The notes under the pieces are model-generated. The model was not told the DNA's origin, searched no databases, and saw only the letters and a list, made by a program, of their open reading frames with translations. This document shows, one piece after another, positions 32,651-45,093 of a DNA stretch of 64,000 nucleotides (positions are counted from its first letter, which is position 1; each line of letters begins with the position of its first letter). The DNA lies in NCBI GenBank assembly GCA_964016885.1, contig OZ024743.1:4960001-5024000 (forward strand). The letters run 5' to 3'. The stretch is from Eledone cirrhosa. Its lineage: Eukaryota. A program made the position numbers and the translations under genes.

Positions 32651-32863
32651 TATATTCTCGCTCTTTACTTAGCTGTCAGTTGTCAAAGTAAGTACATTCA
32701 GTACTATCACAGGAAACGTCCATCTATTTATATTTCTAGCTATAGTGTCAGCTTTATACATTGTTTGTATGGATTTCTCTTGTTTGCTATGCACGGATTT
32801 TGAACTCACCACACACACATACACATATATGTTACACCATGGGTGTGTGTATCTATATGTAAT

Positions 32864-32938
<75 letters not shown>

Positions 32939-33016
32939 GTATGCATGTATGTATGTATATATGTATGTGTATTTGATTAGTCCCAACACAAATGAATGTA
33001 ATAATAGCCGAATATA

Positions 33017-33054
<38 letters not shown>

Positions 33055-33476
33055 TGGGGGGGGGGACTCTCGGATTCAGTCGGGGGTAACTACAGTAAGT
33101 AAGGTACTCAATACATTAGTAGAGTGGAAACATCAAATTTAATATAGAAATGGCTTCAACAGGACTAGAACTGTTTTCGATATATACAGATATAATTGTT
33201 TGTTAGGTAATGTACTTTATCAAGTAATGTTTACCTTTATGTTGTATATAGTTGCTTCAAACTGTTATTAGTTTGTCTTTTATTCGGTTCATACGCGGTT
33301 GTTTCTTGTTGTTCTTTGTTAGCTTCTATCAATATTTACTAACTTATCTAATAACTGAACCTGTTGCTTCATTTCGTTTCATCGGTTAGTTAAGTAGAAT
33401 AAGGTTTCTATTAGCTTTATGGTTGATTACAGGGAAACGAGAGACTCCTAGTCTTCATTAAGACATCTCTCTAGGA

Positions 33477-33526
33477 CAGGGGTGGGCAAACTTTTTGGAT
33501 CGCGGTCCGTAGTTTGTCGACCCCTG
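33477..33526. mobile_element. 50-bp hAT (Charlie-like) MITE
   Basis: TIRs CAGGGGTGGGCAAACT / AGTTTGTCGACCCCTG; perfect 8-bp TSD CTCTAGGA at 33469-33476 and 33527-33534. Confidence 0.9.
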
Positions 33527-33820
33527 CTCTAGGAGAGGGTCACTCTAATATAAAACCTACGATTTCATTTCAGGAGGTAGAACAGTTATTCTTTTTACGT
33601 ATATGCATTTTATGTTAAGAGAGTGGGATTGGTCTCCTGCAAAGCCTTTCTCACTTAAAAAATCTACAAGCACAGGCATCATTTGATATGTGACATTTTT
33701 TGCAATCCATGGCATGGCTGGCCATAGGCAAGTCCCGAGCAGGACTAAAAAAAACACGTCCGTGACGCTCGTGCTTAAGTATCAAGCGATGGCATTATTC
33801 GAAATCGAATTACAGCTATC

Positions 33821-33877
<57 letters not shown>

Positions 33878-34183
33878 GATGTATGTGTGTGTTACTTGTA
33901 CTCTTATGGTTCTTTACAACCTCCACAAAGTTCGTAAATATTACGTCACTGCGACAATTATTATTCTGAAGATGATGTTGGAAAGATCTCGGAACATTAA
34001 TAGACTTAAGGATTTCCAAACACAAATAATTAATAATACAATATATAAACTATCGAATTTCAAAAATCAAACATGCGCGCAATGGTATTTGTGATATAAT
34101 ATTTGAAAAAAATATATATATGCACACACACACACGCGCACGCACACACGCACACACACACACATACACACACACACACACAA

Positions 34184-34214
<31 letters not shown>

Positions 34215-34505
34215 ATAGGTTGACGGAACTAGTGTGAGTATCACTGCTAGGACCGGTATATATATATATTTCAATGTGGTCTAACCTTGGTGGTAGGGTC
34301 CGTACCGTAGATAGAACTCAATGTAATATGGTGGCGAGTAATCCAGTGAAATTCATAGAAAGTTCCGTGTTCCACTGAGTTAATTCCTTAGATACAGAGT
34401 CAGATATTAGGTATTAATTTTGTTTCCGAAGAAGACGGTCTGATCAAACCTATATATGAAGTCTGATAGTATACAGTTATATAACAGCTCAATATGTAAG
34501 AAAAC

Positions 34506-34651
34506 ATTTCTGAAGACGGCGGGTAGTGAAGACGTATGTATTTTTTCTTACTATGATATTTTATAATATTTTACATAGATCGATAATTGAATAGATATAC
34601 GGGGAATTACACACACACACCCCCCCCCCCCCAAAAAAACGATCGTAAAAT
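34506..34651 (+). ncRNA. degenerate hammerhead ribozyme with long stem II
   Basis: ATTT-CTGAAGA-(~120 nt)-AAAA-CGATCG-TA-AAAT, with the GAAA box decayed. It lies inside a diverged inverted repeat (~34290-34420 / 34700-34830) related to 51765-52240. Confidence 0.45.
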
Positions 34652-34850
34652 AATGAGTTTTACTATGAATTAACCGTTTTGTGTTTAATTTCATTGTTTT
34701 AATATTTCTATTTTTGACTCTGTATCCAATGAATTAAATCGTTGAAAATGTATTTTAAACTTGGCTTCACGACATCTACATACGGATTACATTGAGTTCT
34801 TCATACGGTTTAGACCCTACCATTGAGTGGTAGATTTATCTGTGTATATG

Positions 34851-34884
<34 letters not shown>

Positions 34885-35030
34885 TTTTGAGTTTATGTTG
34901 GTTGTATACCAACACCTGAGTATGCAGGCTGGAGCACTCGATGAAGTGCGCAGGTTGGTTTGGTTACTCCGGAGTAGTGTAAAATAAAGTTAAATAAAAG
35001 TCAAATGATTAAAATTTAGCTTCGTTTATT

Positions 35031-35085
35031 ACTGCTATATATATTTCAGTGACAGCCATCTTTGGCTGTGACCTCTTCAGGCAGT
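35031..35085 (-). ncRNA. minimal type I hammerhead ribozyme (left arm of inverted repeat)
   Basis: Exact reverse complement of 35130-35184. Confidence 0.88.
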
Positions 35086-35129
35086 TTGAATTAGTATGTG
35101 TGTGTGTGTATATATAGATACTAATTCAA

Positions 35130-35184
35130 ACTGCCTGAAGAGGTCACAGCCAAAGATGGCTGTCACTGAAATATATATAGCAGT
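35130..35184 (+). ncRNA. minimal type I hammerhead ribozyme
   Basis: ACTGC-CTGAAGA-GGTCACAGCC aaagat GGCTGTCACT-GAAA-TATATA-TA-GCAGT. Stem I ACTGC/GCAGT, stem II 9 of 10 pairs, palindromic stem III ATATATAT. Confidence 0.88.
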
Positions 35185-35228
35185 AATAAACGAAGCTTAA
35201 TTTTAATCATTTGACTTTTATTTAACTT

Positions 35229-35266
<38 letters not shown>

Positions 35267-35324
35267 CGGCGATGAATTAGTTTAGCGAGGTTTTTTATAT
35301 GAAATCGTGTGTCGAAACAAATAT

Positions 35325-35770
35325 TGTTATACTTGGGGAGGGTCATATTTGTGTAATACTGCCAGAATTAATAACAGAACACACTCACTGTTTGGTTGGT
35401 TTTCGCTTCTCGTTGTCTTTTATATCTGCGATCTAACTTACTCGGTCCTCAATGCTGCCATTGACTGACCGACGGTCAAAAATAATACAGATACAATATA
35501 GACACAAACACATATATATAGTTTACATAATTTACATAAATCTTTCGTTGCACATCTGCAACATCGTCAGTGGTGTTATATTTTTTTTTTTTTCCCTCTA
35601 TATTGTATCTGTATTATTTTTGACCGTCGGTCAGTCAATGGCAACATTGAGGACCGAATAAGTTAGATCGCAGATATAAAAGACAGCGAGAAGCGAAAAC
35701 CAACCAAACAGTGAGTGTGTTCTGTTATTAATTCTGGCAATATTACACAAATATGACCCTCCCCAAGTAT

Positions 35771-35773
<3 letters not shown>
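35325..35773. repeat. large inverted repeat (~175-bp arms) between (TA)n tracts
   Basis: 35325-35500 is the near-perfect reverse complement of 35598-35773. The start of the arm recurs at ~30575-30670 and ~44425-44480. Confidence 0.9.
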
Positions 35774-35837
<64 letters not shown>

Positions 35838-35947
35838 CACACATGTGTGTGTTGTATCTGTACAGTTTGTGTATGGGATGTACAGCAGATCTAGGTACTC
35901 TTTGTATTTCTCTTTATCTATCTCTCTCTTTATATATACATACATAT

Positions 35948-36015
<68 letters not shown>

Positions 36016-36323
36016 TAATATATCATTTCTCTCATCTCTGTATATGTTTGTGTGTAGGAATACCCCCTGGCTCTTTAGCAAGAGGTAACAGGCACTGTCC
36101 AAGTACTTCAGCCAATGGGTGGCTACTGTGATGGCGCCTAAATAAATCTTGAAGACAAAGTAACAGGTACACTTACGCTCACATATGCAGGTAATATATA
36201 TTATATTAGATACATATATTGTGTGTGTTTGTATATATATATATATATATACATGCATACATATGTATATATGAATATATGTGTATATTATGTATATGAA
36301 TATATATATGTCTCTGTGTATGT

Positions 36324-36360
<37 letters not shown>

Positions 36361-36639
36361 ACACACACACCTATGTGTGTATATATCTATGTGGGTGTGT
36401 ATGCGTGTGTTTGTGTAGGTGTGTGTGTATACGTACATACATACATACATACATACATACATACATACATACATACATACATACATTAAGTATTCATGCT
36501 TGTAGAAAGAAGCGAGAGAAGGTTACAGCCAAAGAGACAGGTAGAGTACACGATTTAGATAAATCTAACTGTTTACTTATAATATCTGTTCTGTCTGTGT
36601 AGCATGAGGTGGAACGGATGACAGGGGCTGTAGTGATTG

Positions 36640-37260
36640 TTGAAGTGGTAGAGGGGAGGTGTTTGTGGTGGGGGGGGGGTACTGGTTGTGGTGGTGGTGG
36701 TGGTCGTCGTCGTAGTGTTGTTGGTGTTGGTGGTGCTGGGGGTACTGGTTGTGGTGGTGGTTGTGGTGGTCGTGGTCGTGGTGGTTGTGGTGGTGGTGTG
36801 GTGATGGATGTGAGGGTTGTATTTGAAGGTATAGATGCTGTTGATGGATGGCGTTTGGCATCAGTGGTAATGTTTTGGTGGTGGTGGTGGTGGTGTTGGC
36901 GGGGCGGTGGTGGGGTGATGGTAGTGGTGTGTGTGTGGGGGGAGGGTTATTGTAGTTGTCGTTTTGGTGATAGAATTGTTGTTGCTAGTGACGGTGTTGG
37001 TGGTGGTGGTGGTGGTGGTGTTGGCGGGGCGTTGGTGGGGGTGATGGTAGTGTGGGGGGGGGGTTATTGTAGTTGTCGTTTTGGTGGTAGAATTGTTGTT
37101 GCTAGTGATGGTGTTGGTGGTGGTGGTGGTAGTGGTAGTTATGGAGGTGGTGGTGGCGGTGGTGGTGATGATGGTGGTGGTGGTGGTGGTTATGGAGGTG
37201 GTGGTGGCGGTGGTGGTGATGATGGTGGTGGTGGTAATAGTTGTTGTGGTGATGATGAAC
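36640..37260. repeat. (GGT)n-rich low-complexity region with an internal ~120-bp duplication
   Basis: GGT/GAT runs; ~36895-37010 is repeated at ~37020-37130. Confidence 0.85.
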
Positions 37261-37430
37261 ATCATGGCGAAACTCCGACTGTCTGAGATGTCTGCAAATA
37301 GCTTTGTAATGGAGCATGTATAATTGTTATTTGAAACCAGAAGGGATTTATCATTTAATGTGCCAAACGACAATCTGGTGTCGTACAACAAGATTAAATG
37401 AGTAAATATACATATAAATCTATGTATCTA

Positions 37431-37473
<43 letters not shown>

Positions 37474-37475
37474 AA

Positions 37476-37538
<63 letters not shown>

Positions 37539-37595
37539 GACGTAAAATAAGAAAATTTTTAAAAATTAAAAATCAACTTACTTACTAAAATTTTC

Positions 37596-37677
37596 ACTCC
37601 AACTAATTAGTTTCTGTAAGGGGATAAATATAGTTACGTAATATAACTATAGAGAATTCCTTACGTCATCAGGGAGT
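37596..37677 (-). ncRNA. type I hammerhead ribozyme (left arm)
   Basis: Minus strand reads ACTCC-CTGATGA-cGTAAGG...CCTTACa-GAAA-CTAATTAG-TT-GGAGT. Confidence 0.85.
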
Positions 37678-38144
37678 CTATTCTCAGCTAAGTTCCCAGG
37701 CGATGCGCGGACACTAGGAACCCATATAAAAATAATAATTCAGTGGATGGAATAGAGCTAGCGGGGACTAAATTCCAGAGCACTGAAAAAATTCACTGGC
37801 AGATTCTAAAGAATCAATCACGTGACACTGAGGTTAATCAGTTAGGAGCGGGGTGGTATTATGACAAGAGCCTACTACTACCATGAATCAGCAGTAAATT
37901 TTGGCATGTTTTGCTCAACAATTCATGGTAGTAGTAGGCTCTTGTCATAATACCACCCCGCTCCTAACTGATTAACCTCAGTGTCACGTGATTGATTTTT
38001 TAGAATCTGCCACTGACCAGAGGCAGTGAATTTTTTCAGTGCCCTGGAATTTAGTCCCCGCTAGCTCTATTCCATCCACTGAATTATTATTTTTATATGG
38101 GTTCCTAGTGTCCGCGCATCGCCTGGGAACTTAGCTGAGAATAG

Positions 38145-38226
38145 ACTCCCTGATGACGTAAAGAATTCTCTATAGTTATATTACGTAACTATATTTATCC
38201 CCTTACAGAAACTAATTAGTTGGAGT
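38145..38226 (+). ncRNA. type I hammerhead ribozyme (right arm)
   Basis: Stem I ACTCC/GGAGT, CTGATGA at 38150, GAAA at 38208, palindromic stem III ACTAATTAGT, GUU cleavage triplet. Confidence 0.85.
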
Positions 38227-38406
38227 GAAAATTTTAGTAAGCAAGTTGATTTTTAATTTTTTTTTATTTTCTTATTTCTTTCATATAATTGTTCTGCATC
38301 CCCCTGCATAGAACCACAAAGGTACTAAGACATAACATATATATTTGCTAGCATGGGGGTACATCTGTACACATATGTTGGTAGATGTACTAATTCTCTC
38401 TCTCTC

Positions 38407-38492
<86 letters not shown>

Positions 38493-38505
38493 TATATATA
38501 TATAG

Positions 38506-38572
<67 letters not shown>

Positions 38573-38957
38573 TGTGTGTGTATATATATATATTTATATA
38601 TATATGCATGATTGTATGTATTTATTCATCAACACTGACACATACATATATGTGGTGTCTGTATTATAAATGAATGTATATGCATACATAAATGTATATG
38701 TGTGTGTGTGTGTGTGTAAGCATATATGTTTTTATTTACTTACACATATTACCTGATCAGTCAACCGTGTGTACATATATAAATACGTGAGTGTCTTGCT
38801 GGTTTTGCGTGTGTATATATGACTATTACGTTCGTATATATGTGTGATAAGAGAAATAGATGTGTATTTTACTAAAATCTGAATTCACATAACAAGACAA
38901 AGACTGAAACTATAATAACAACGATCTCCTCTATCCCCTCCTCATCGTCCTCTTTTT

Positions 38958-38994
38958 TCTACTACTACTACTACTACTACTACTATTACTACTA

Positions 38995-39032
<38 letters not shown>

Positions 39033-39060
39033 ACTACTACTACTACTACTACTACTATTA
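38958..39060. repeat. (CTA)n/(CTG)n microsatellite
   Basis: Directly visible. Confidence 0.95.
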
Positions 39061-39061
39061 C

Positions 39062-39222
39062 CAGGGCCTATGAGAGGGGAGTCCAGCCGGTACTTTGTAA
39101 TGTGGCCCAAGAGCTAAGAAGGCTTCACAGCAACCATGCAATATCTATTTTGAGAAAAATCTTTGCCTGCTTCGGGCTCCAAAGGAGTCTTGTACCGCCT
39201 TACAAAATTTTTCTTGGCCCTA
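39062..39222. mobile_element. probable hAT-like MITE in (CTA)n
   Basis: Ends CAGGGCC / GGCCCTA, flanked by ACTATTAC / ACTACTAC. Confidence 0.5.
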
Positions 39223-39264
39223 ACTACTACTACTATTACTACTTCACCCCTTAGTAATAATAAT

Positions 39265-39730
39265 AGTTTCTAATTTAGGCACAGGACCAACAATTTTAAG
39301 GTGAACAGAAGGTCGTTTACATCGACTGGTACTTTATTTTATCAACCACGTAAGTAGGAAAAGAAAATTGACTTCGGCGGGATTTTGAACTCAGAACGTA
39401 AAAAATGCTAATTAAATACGACACAGCATTTTACCCGACTCTCTAATGAGTCTCTCAATCCACAGCCCTCACCCCTTGGTAGCAATTATAGTTTCTAATT
39501 TAGACACGTGACCATCCATTCGTTTAAATCAACTGCAATACTATTTTGTATTATAGATTCCTTTTACACAGGCGCAAGGCCCGAATTCGCTTTTGATAAG
39601 GGAACAGTCCATTACTTTATTCTATCAAACAAGGAAGGATGAAATTCAAAATCAACTCTGGTGTAATTTGAACTCAAGTTGTAAAGGTTCGTAACTAAAC
39701 GACGCAAGGCGCTTTTTTCAGTCGCTCATA
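39265..39730 (-). mobile_element. two degenerate SINE copies
   Basis: ctggtactttattttatcaacc and tttgaactcagaacgtaaa, plus a more decayed copy at ~39490-39730. Confidence 0.65.
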
Positions 39731-40457
39731 CCAATTTTGTTTCATCATCTATAGTAAAAACTAATATAATTACGATGATAGTGACGCTGATGATGTTGTT
39801 GATGGCCATAATATTAATGGTGATAGTGATATTTTTTTAATTAATTATCAATGGAATGGGAGCAACGTCTGTGTCATTTGTAGATTCTATCAGATAGATA
39901 GGAATCGATGCAGTGGTTGTTCATTTTAAACATATCTAGATCAACGACTGCATGAAAACCGCATGATGGTGAAAGAATAGTTGTGGAGGGCTGCAAATAT
40001 AGGTTGCAACGGGCAAAGTGTTTAGAGCAGTATTTGGTAATGTGATTGAGTAGAAATGACAAAAGGAGGAGAAACAGTCATCTTGAGTTGCTTAAGATAA
40101 ATGTGGTATGCAGACTGTTTCTTCAGAGGAAAACAAGCTATTGGACCAACATAAGAAACAGGCTTCTTCTGAGTTAGTAATTGTTGTGTATTTCATTATC
40201 GTGGACTTTTTTTTATACAGTTTCGAATATTTTTATGCAGTACGATTGTACTTCAAAATCCTTCGTTTGTGATTCGAATGTGTGATCTTTTAACATTTGG
40301 TTTATCAATAATAGTTCTAATATACAGTTAATGTGGTGTGGTAAATAGATATATACATCTGCATCAGGTCGAAACATAATGGAACCAAAGTCCCACTGTC
40401 CCTGCCTCCGTCTCTCCCGCTCTCCCCCATCTCTCACTATTGTGAACAAATAGAGGC

Positions 40458-40512
<55 letters not shown>

Positions 40513-40635
40513 GTAGGAGGTGAGTTTTATTGTAGAACAATAAAACTATGTATATATCAGATAAGTAGCACTCAACAGTTGATAAAACTGGAGTATATAT
40601 ATAAGAAATTAAAAGATGGTTAAAAAAGTTCCATA

Positions 40636-40706
40636 TATTTTATTATACGCATTTCAAAAACAAATATCATCCTGGGACGATAATTGCGTTCTCATCAGAT
40701 AAAATA
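40636..40706 (-). ncRNA. type I hammerhead ribozyme in the PLE pLTR (sense to the ORF)
   Basis: TATTTTAT-CTGATGA-GAACGCAA.TATCGTCC ca GGATGATA.TTGTTTTT-GAAA-TGCGTA-TA-ATAAAATA; perfect 8-bp stem I. Confidence 0.88.
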
Positions 40707-41668
40707 AGGTAACATGATATGATGCCTAAAAACACTTGTGAACAAGAAAGTGTTCAGTCAACATATGACAAAAACATATAAAAGGAGAGAGAAGATTGGA
40801 ACAAAGAAGGAAGAGGGAAAAGGAAAAAGTCATAAAAGAGGAGAAAATAACGGAGGAAAATTTAAGAAGGAAGGAGGAGAGAGAAAGAGAAAGGAGAGAG
40901 AGAGAGACTTTTGATCGGGAAACGCTGTCAAAAATGAAAAACAGCTGTGAGTAACGGCTAAAAAATATAAATAAATAAATAAATTGATGAGGTTTATGTG
41001 CTTAGTTTACAAATATAGAAACTAGGTATATTATTTATTTTGGGTTTATATACTAAAAAAAATTGATTAAGAGGTGTGAAAATGTATTAATAAAATAAAA
41101 TTAAATTAAATGATTTATAAGCGTAGAAGACCATATAACGTTATAATTTGTTTAAACAGAGTATATTGAGAAATGTGAGAAAAATGTGTGAAAAGATATT
41201 TGTGTAAAAAAATATATATATATGTGTGTAGAAAAAAATAAATAAGAATAGTCAAACCATGTCTAAAATTAAAAATTTACTATTAAAAATTATAAATTAT
41301 ATATAAAAAATTATATATGTGGGAAAACTATTTAAATATTTAAATATTATTTTAATCAACAAGTAAATAAAGGAAAATGTTAGAATGATTTAAGCGTAGA
41401 AAAAGGCGTAGAAAAAGCGTAGAAAAAAATCATAGAAAAAAACACATATGACGTCATAGTTTGTTTACAAAATCTTCGAAGGTTTGTACTGAACATTTGA
41501 TGTGATAAAGGAGGAAAAGTGAGCGGCTTAAAAATAGTGAGAAAAAGAATATAAAGAAATATTATATATGAACTATTTAAATATTATTTTGTATCAACAA
41601 GTAGATAAAGGAAATTGCTAGAGTGATTTAAAGCGTAGAAAACCATATAACGTCATGTATAAGTTTGT

Positions 41669-43470
41669 TTAAAACTTTGTAGAATGTACTGAAATATGCG
41701 AGAAAAATGAATGAAAAGATATTTGTGTAAAAAATATATGTGTAAAAATGTTAACTTTATTCGTGGAATAAGATATAGGGTATTTGCTGTATACTTTGTG
41801 AAATGACCTAAGAGATTTATGGATGCAGAGACCAAATAAATCCGTGCGTCTATTTATTATAGAGTTGAAATTCGAGATAATGGTAAATTTTTCAGCTAGA
41901 CATAAATTACAAGCCCTAGATATGGAAGCATTAGAATATGGAGAAGCATTGCATATTTTACGCCATGAAATTTTGTAATTAATGTTTTTGTCTTTTAAGG
42001 ACCAGATAAGTTCTGAGAGTACAGTGTTTATCCTTTTAAGTGGATATTTAAATGAGGAAGAATGGTTATATAGTCATGCCTTAAAAGAAGTAGAAGTAGA
42101 GCCAAAGTAGGTATAAGTATTGGTACTAGTTAGCACTTTACATTCGTATACTAAATTTGTATCGAGACAGAAATTATTAAGAGGACATTTAGTTCTATTA
42201 GGGCAGTTGCATTTACGATTAATATTATTAACAGAGTTATTTGCAAGTGGCCCAGAATTAATTATAATAGGAATTGTCGTGGTGGAATTAGCTAAAGGAG
42301 GTGCTAATGTTTCTTGATTTAGACCACTATTTGAAGCATTCATCAAAGTTACGTTTGACGTCGTATTTATATTTAAGTTATCTTGTCTAGAGTTTACATT
42401 GACGTCGGGCCTTATAGTGTTATTATTATGACTCTCAAGGTTGGATGCATATGAGTTATTATTTAATATTTTAGTAATATGTTTTGAGATAATGTTAGAA
42501 ATGTTGGAAGTGGTGGAATATGAGAATTTAATGGTATGCTTATTAAAAATCTTACTATAAATATGTGAAGGAGGGAAGCAATTATCTAACGCCCTAAAAA
42601 ATAATTTAGGGATATTACTAATAAGTGAAAGAGAGAATGGAGCGTTGTACCAAATGATATTTTTACATCTAGGTCTCCTCTTTATGTTAGTGGTATGCTT
42701 ATAACTAGCTATATTACTATAAGTTCTGCCAAGATTGGTTTCCTTAGTGTATTTAATTTTGTCTGGATATCCAGCTCTGGATAGCGCATTATTGTAATAA
42801 TTGGCGCTGGCATCAAAGATAAGTTTATTAGAAGATAGATTAGAGATTCTTTTTTCAACATTTCTGACTATAGCAGTTTTAACATTAATAGGGTGGTTTG
42901 ATTTAAAGTTTACATAATTTAGGTTCTCATTATCCTTATGGTATGGGTAATATAGGCCGGTATCTAGATTAAGGGATATATCTAGGAAGTTAGCTAATTT
43001 AACATTGTTCTCAAATTCTATTGTTAGGTTAAGGTGCTTAAATAGGTCAAGTATATTTTTCTCAATAATATTAAGGTTTACTTTGTTACAGTTTAAGACA
43101 GTAAAAAGGGCATCATCACGATAAATTCCACCGTGAAGTTGAGGAATTTTCCGATTTAAAGAGTTCAAGATGAAAATTCCAACCAAGTCTGTGAATTGCG
43201 CCGAATTCGACGAACCCATGGTGATGTCAAAATTGTTGGAAGTATCAACTCTTGTCCAATATTCATTGTTAAATTCCAGGATAGTTTTTCTTGCGGTGAG
43301 AATGATGTTCAATTCATCAGTAGTGATGTCCGAGTATTTAAACGCATAAGAGAGCCATGTTGAGGAGTGAAGGAGACATAGAAGAATAATAGCTGGCAAT
43401 GTCAAACTGAATAAATTTTAGTTTGTTTTTATTATTCAGGTCATTGAACCAGTCTATCACATCAGAAATA
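41669..43470 (-). pseudogene. Penelope-like RT + Cys-rich linker + GIY-YIG endonuclease, disrupted by one frameshift and one nonsense codon
   Basis: FIQFDIASYY (other frame, ~43375-43415), MGSSNSAQFTDLVG, GIYRDD, FLDISLNL, SNHP, CNCPNRTKCPLNNFC, LVYECKV..YFGST..FKA*. The frame continues past the TGA at 42074-42076 as LYNHSSSF..TVLSELIWSLK..ISW..CNLCLAEK..NRRTDL..CIH to a TAA at 41669. Confidence 0.93.
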
Positions 43471-43680
43471 CCCAACCTCTCTCTCTCTCCTTTCTCTTTC
43501 TCTCTCCTCCTTCTTTCTTAATTTTTTCCTCCGTTATTTTCTCCTTCTTTTTTATGTCTTTTTCCTTTTCCCTCTTCCTTCTTTTTTCCAATCTTCTCTT
43601 TCCTTTTATATTTTTTTGTCATATGTTGACTGGACACTTTCTTGTTCACAAGTATTTTTAGGCATCATATCATGTTACCT

Positions 43681-43751
43681 TATTTTATCTGATGAGAACG
43701 CAATTATCGTCCCAGGATGATATTTGTTTTTGAAATGCACATAATAAAATA
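43681..43751 (+). ncRNA. type I hammerhead ribozyme in the inverted pLTR
   Basis: Reverse complement of 40636-40706, with stem III ATGCACAT. Confidence 0.82.
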
Positions 43752-43917
43752 TATGGAACTTTTTTAACCATCTTTTAATTTCTTATATATATATACATAT
43801 ATATATACTTCGGTCCGGTTTACATACGGGTCACTTTTACGACCTTTCAGACCTGTATTAGCTGGCAGGAGGTCATATATTTTATCGTTCCTGGGTCGTT
43901 TAGCCCTAGGAAAGGAA

Positions 43918-44006
43918 AATGCTTCTCTGATGAGCTTTGGTTTTCCATCAGATATCCATCGGATTTCTGGGGTTTTACAAAGCGAAACTGATCAGTAAGG
44001 GCCATT
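43918..44006 (+). ncRNA. type I hammerhead ribozyme (separate family)
   Basis: AATGcTTCT-CTGATGA-GCTTTG...CAAAGC-GAAA-CTGATCAG-TA-AGGGcCATT; palindromic stem III ACTGATCAGT; between (TA)n tracts. Confidence 0.85.
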
Positions 44007-44083
44007 AGAAGAGGTAAATATTTATATTATATTTTTTAATTTATTTTTAAAAAATAGGTTGAATTTTACTTGTTCTGCTTATC

Positions 44084-44390
<307 letters not shown>

Positions 44391-44627
44391 TTTCGTTTTT
44401 GAATTTATTTTGTAGGATTTCTTATCTAAAAACGTGTGTTGAAACAGATATTTTTATACTTTGGGAGGGTCATGTTCCCAATAAAAACACACACACCTCC
44501 TGCTTTTCACTTCAATTTATTATAAATTTCCGGTTGGTTAGTTGGTTCGATAACCGGATGGTTGTTTATATATTGTCAAATCTCTTTCGTCACAGAATAT
44601 ATATATTTATATACACAGACATTTATC

Positions 44628-44715
<88 letters not shown>

Positions 44716-45038
44716 TATATACATAAAATTAAAAGGCAGATTTAATAACTCATACTGAAACCCTGTAATTAACAAGCTCAAAGTATAAATACTGAGCAGT
44801 ATAACAATAATATATATAGTAATAAACACAGTATATCGTGTGTCTAGAATTACGGGGGTTGAAATACCACATTTGTTTGAGAGATTTAACCAGAAGCAAA
44901 CGGAATATACATAAAATAAAATAAAATATATACAGACCACTTCAATAACTATTATATCTCCCGGATAGGTTATGGATTTAATCTGTTTCGCCCTGACACA
45001 CGATTTACTGTGTTTATTACTACATATATTATTGCTCA

Positions 45039-45091
<53 letters not shown>

Positions 45092-45093
<2 letters not shown>

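Larger units (their letters stand above)
37545..38280. mobile_element. ~360-bp-arm palindromic fold-back cassette (Penelope pLTR-like)
   Basis: 37545-37888 is the near-perfect reverse complement of 37921-38280; adjacent to (TA)n; one hammerhead in each arm. Confidence 0.85.
40511..43790 (-). mobile_element. 5'-truncated Penelope-like element with 3' pseudo-LTR and inverted 5' pLTR copy, inserted in (TA)n
   Basis: RT plus GIY-YIG frame on the minus strand. 40598-40908 is inverted at 43478-43790, with a hammerhead in both copies and (TA)n on both flanks. Confidence 0.92.

Noticed and set aside
36609-37391. Gly-rich or Thr-rich ORFs as structural protein genes
   Set aside because: They are (GGT)n low-complexity sequence with no recognisable domain or splice support.
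26820-40130. Other isolated CTGANGA matches (~26824, ~28663, ~33966, ~40120)
   Set aside because: No paired stem II followed by GAAA and stem III.
42074-42076. In-frame TGA in the PLE ORF as a selenocysteine codon (known in some Naiad PLEs)
   Set aside because: It aligns with the conserved Arg of FKxRxxNH rather than a Cys. CGA-to-TGA decay is simpler, and the copy also has a frameshift.
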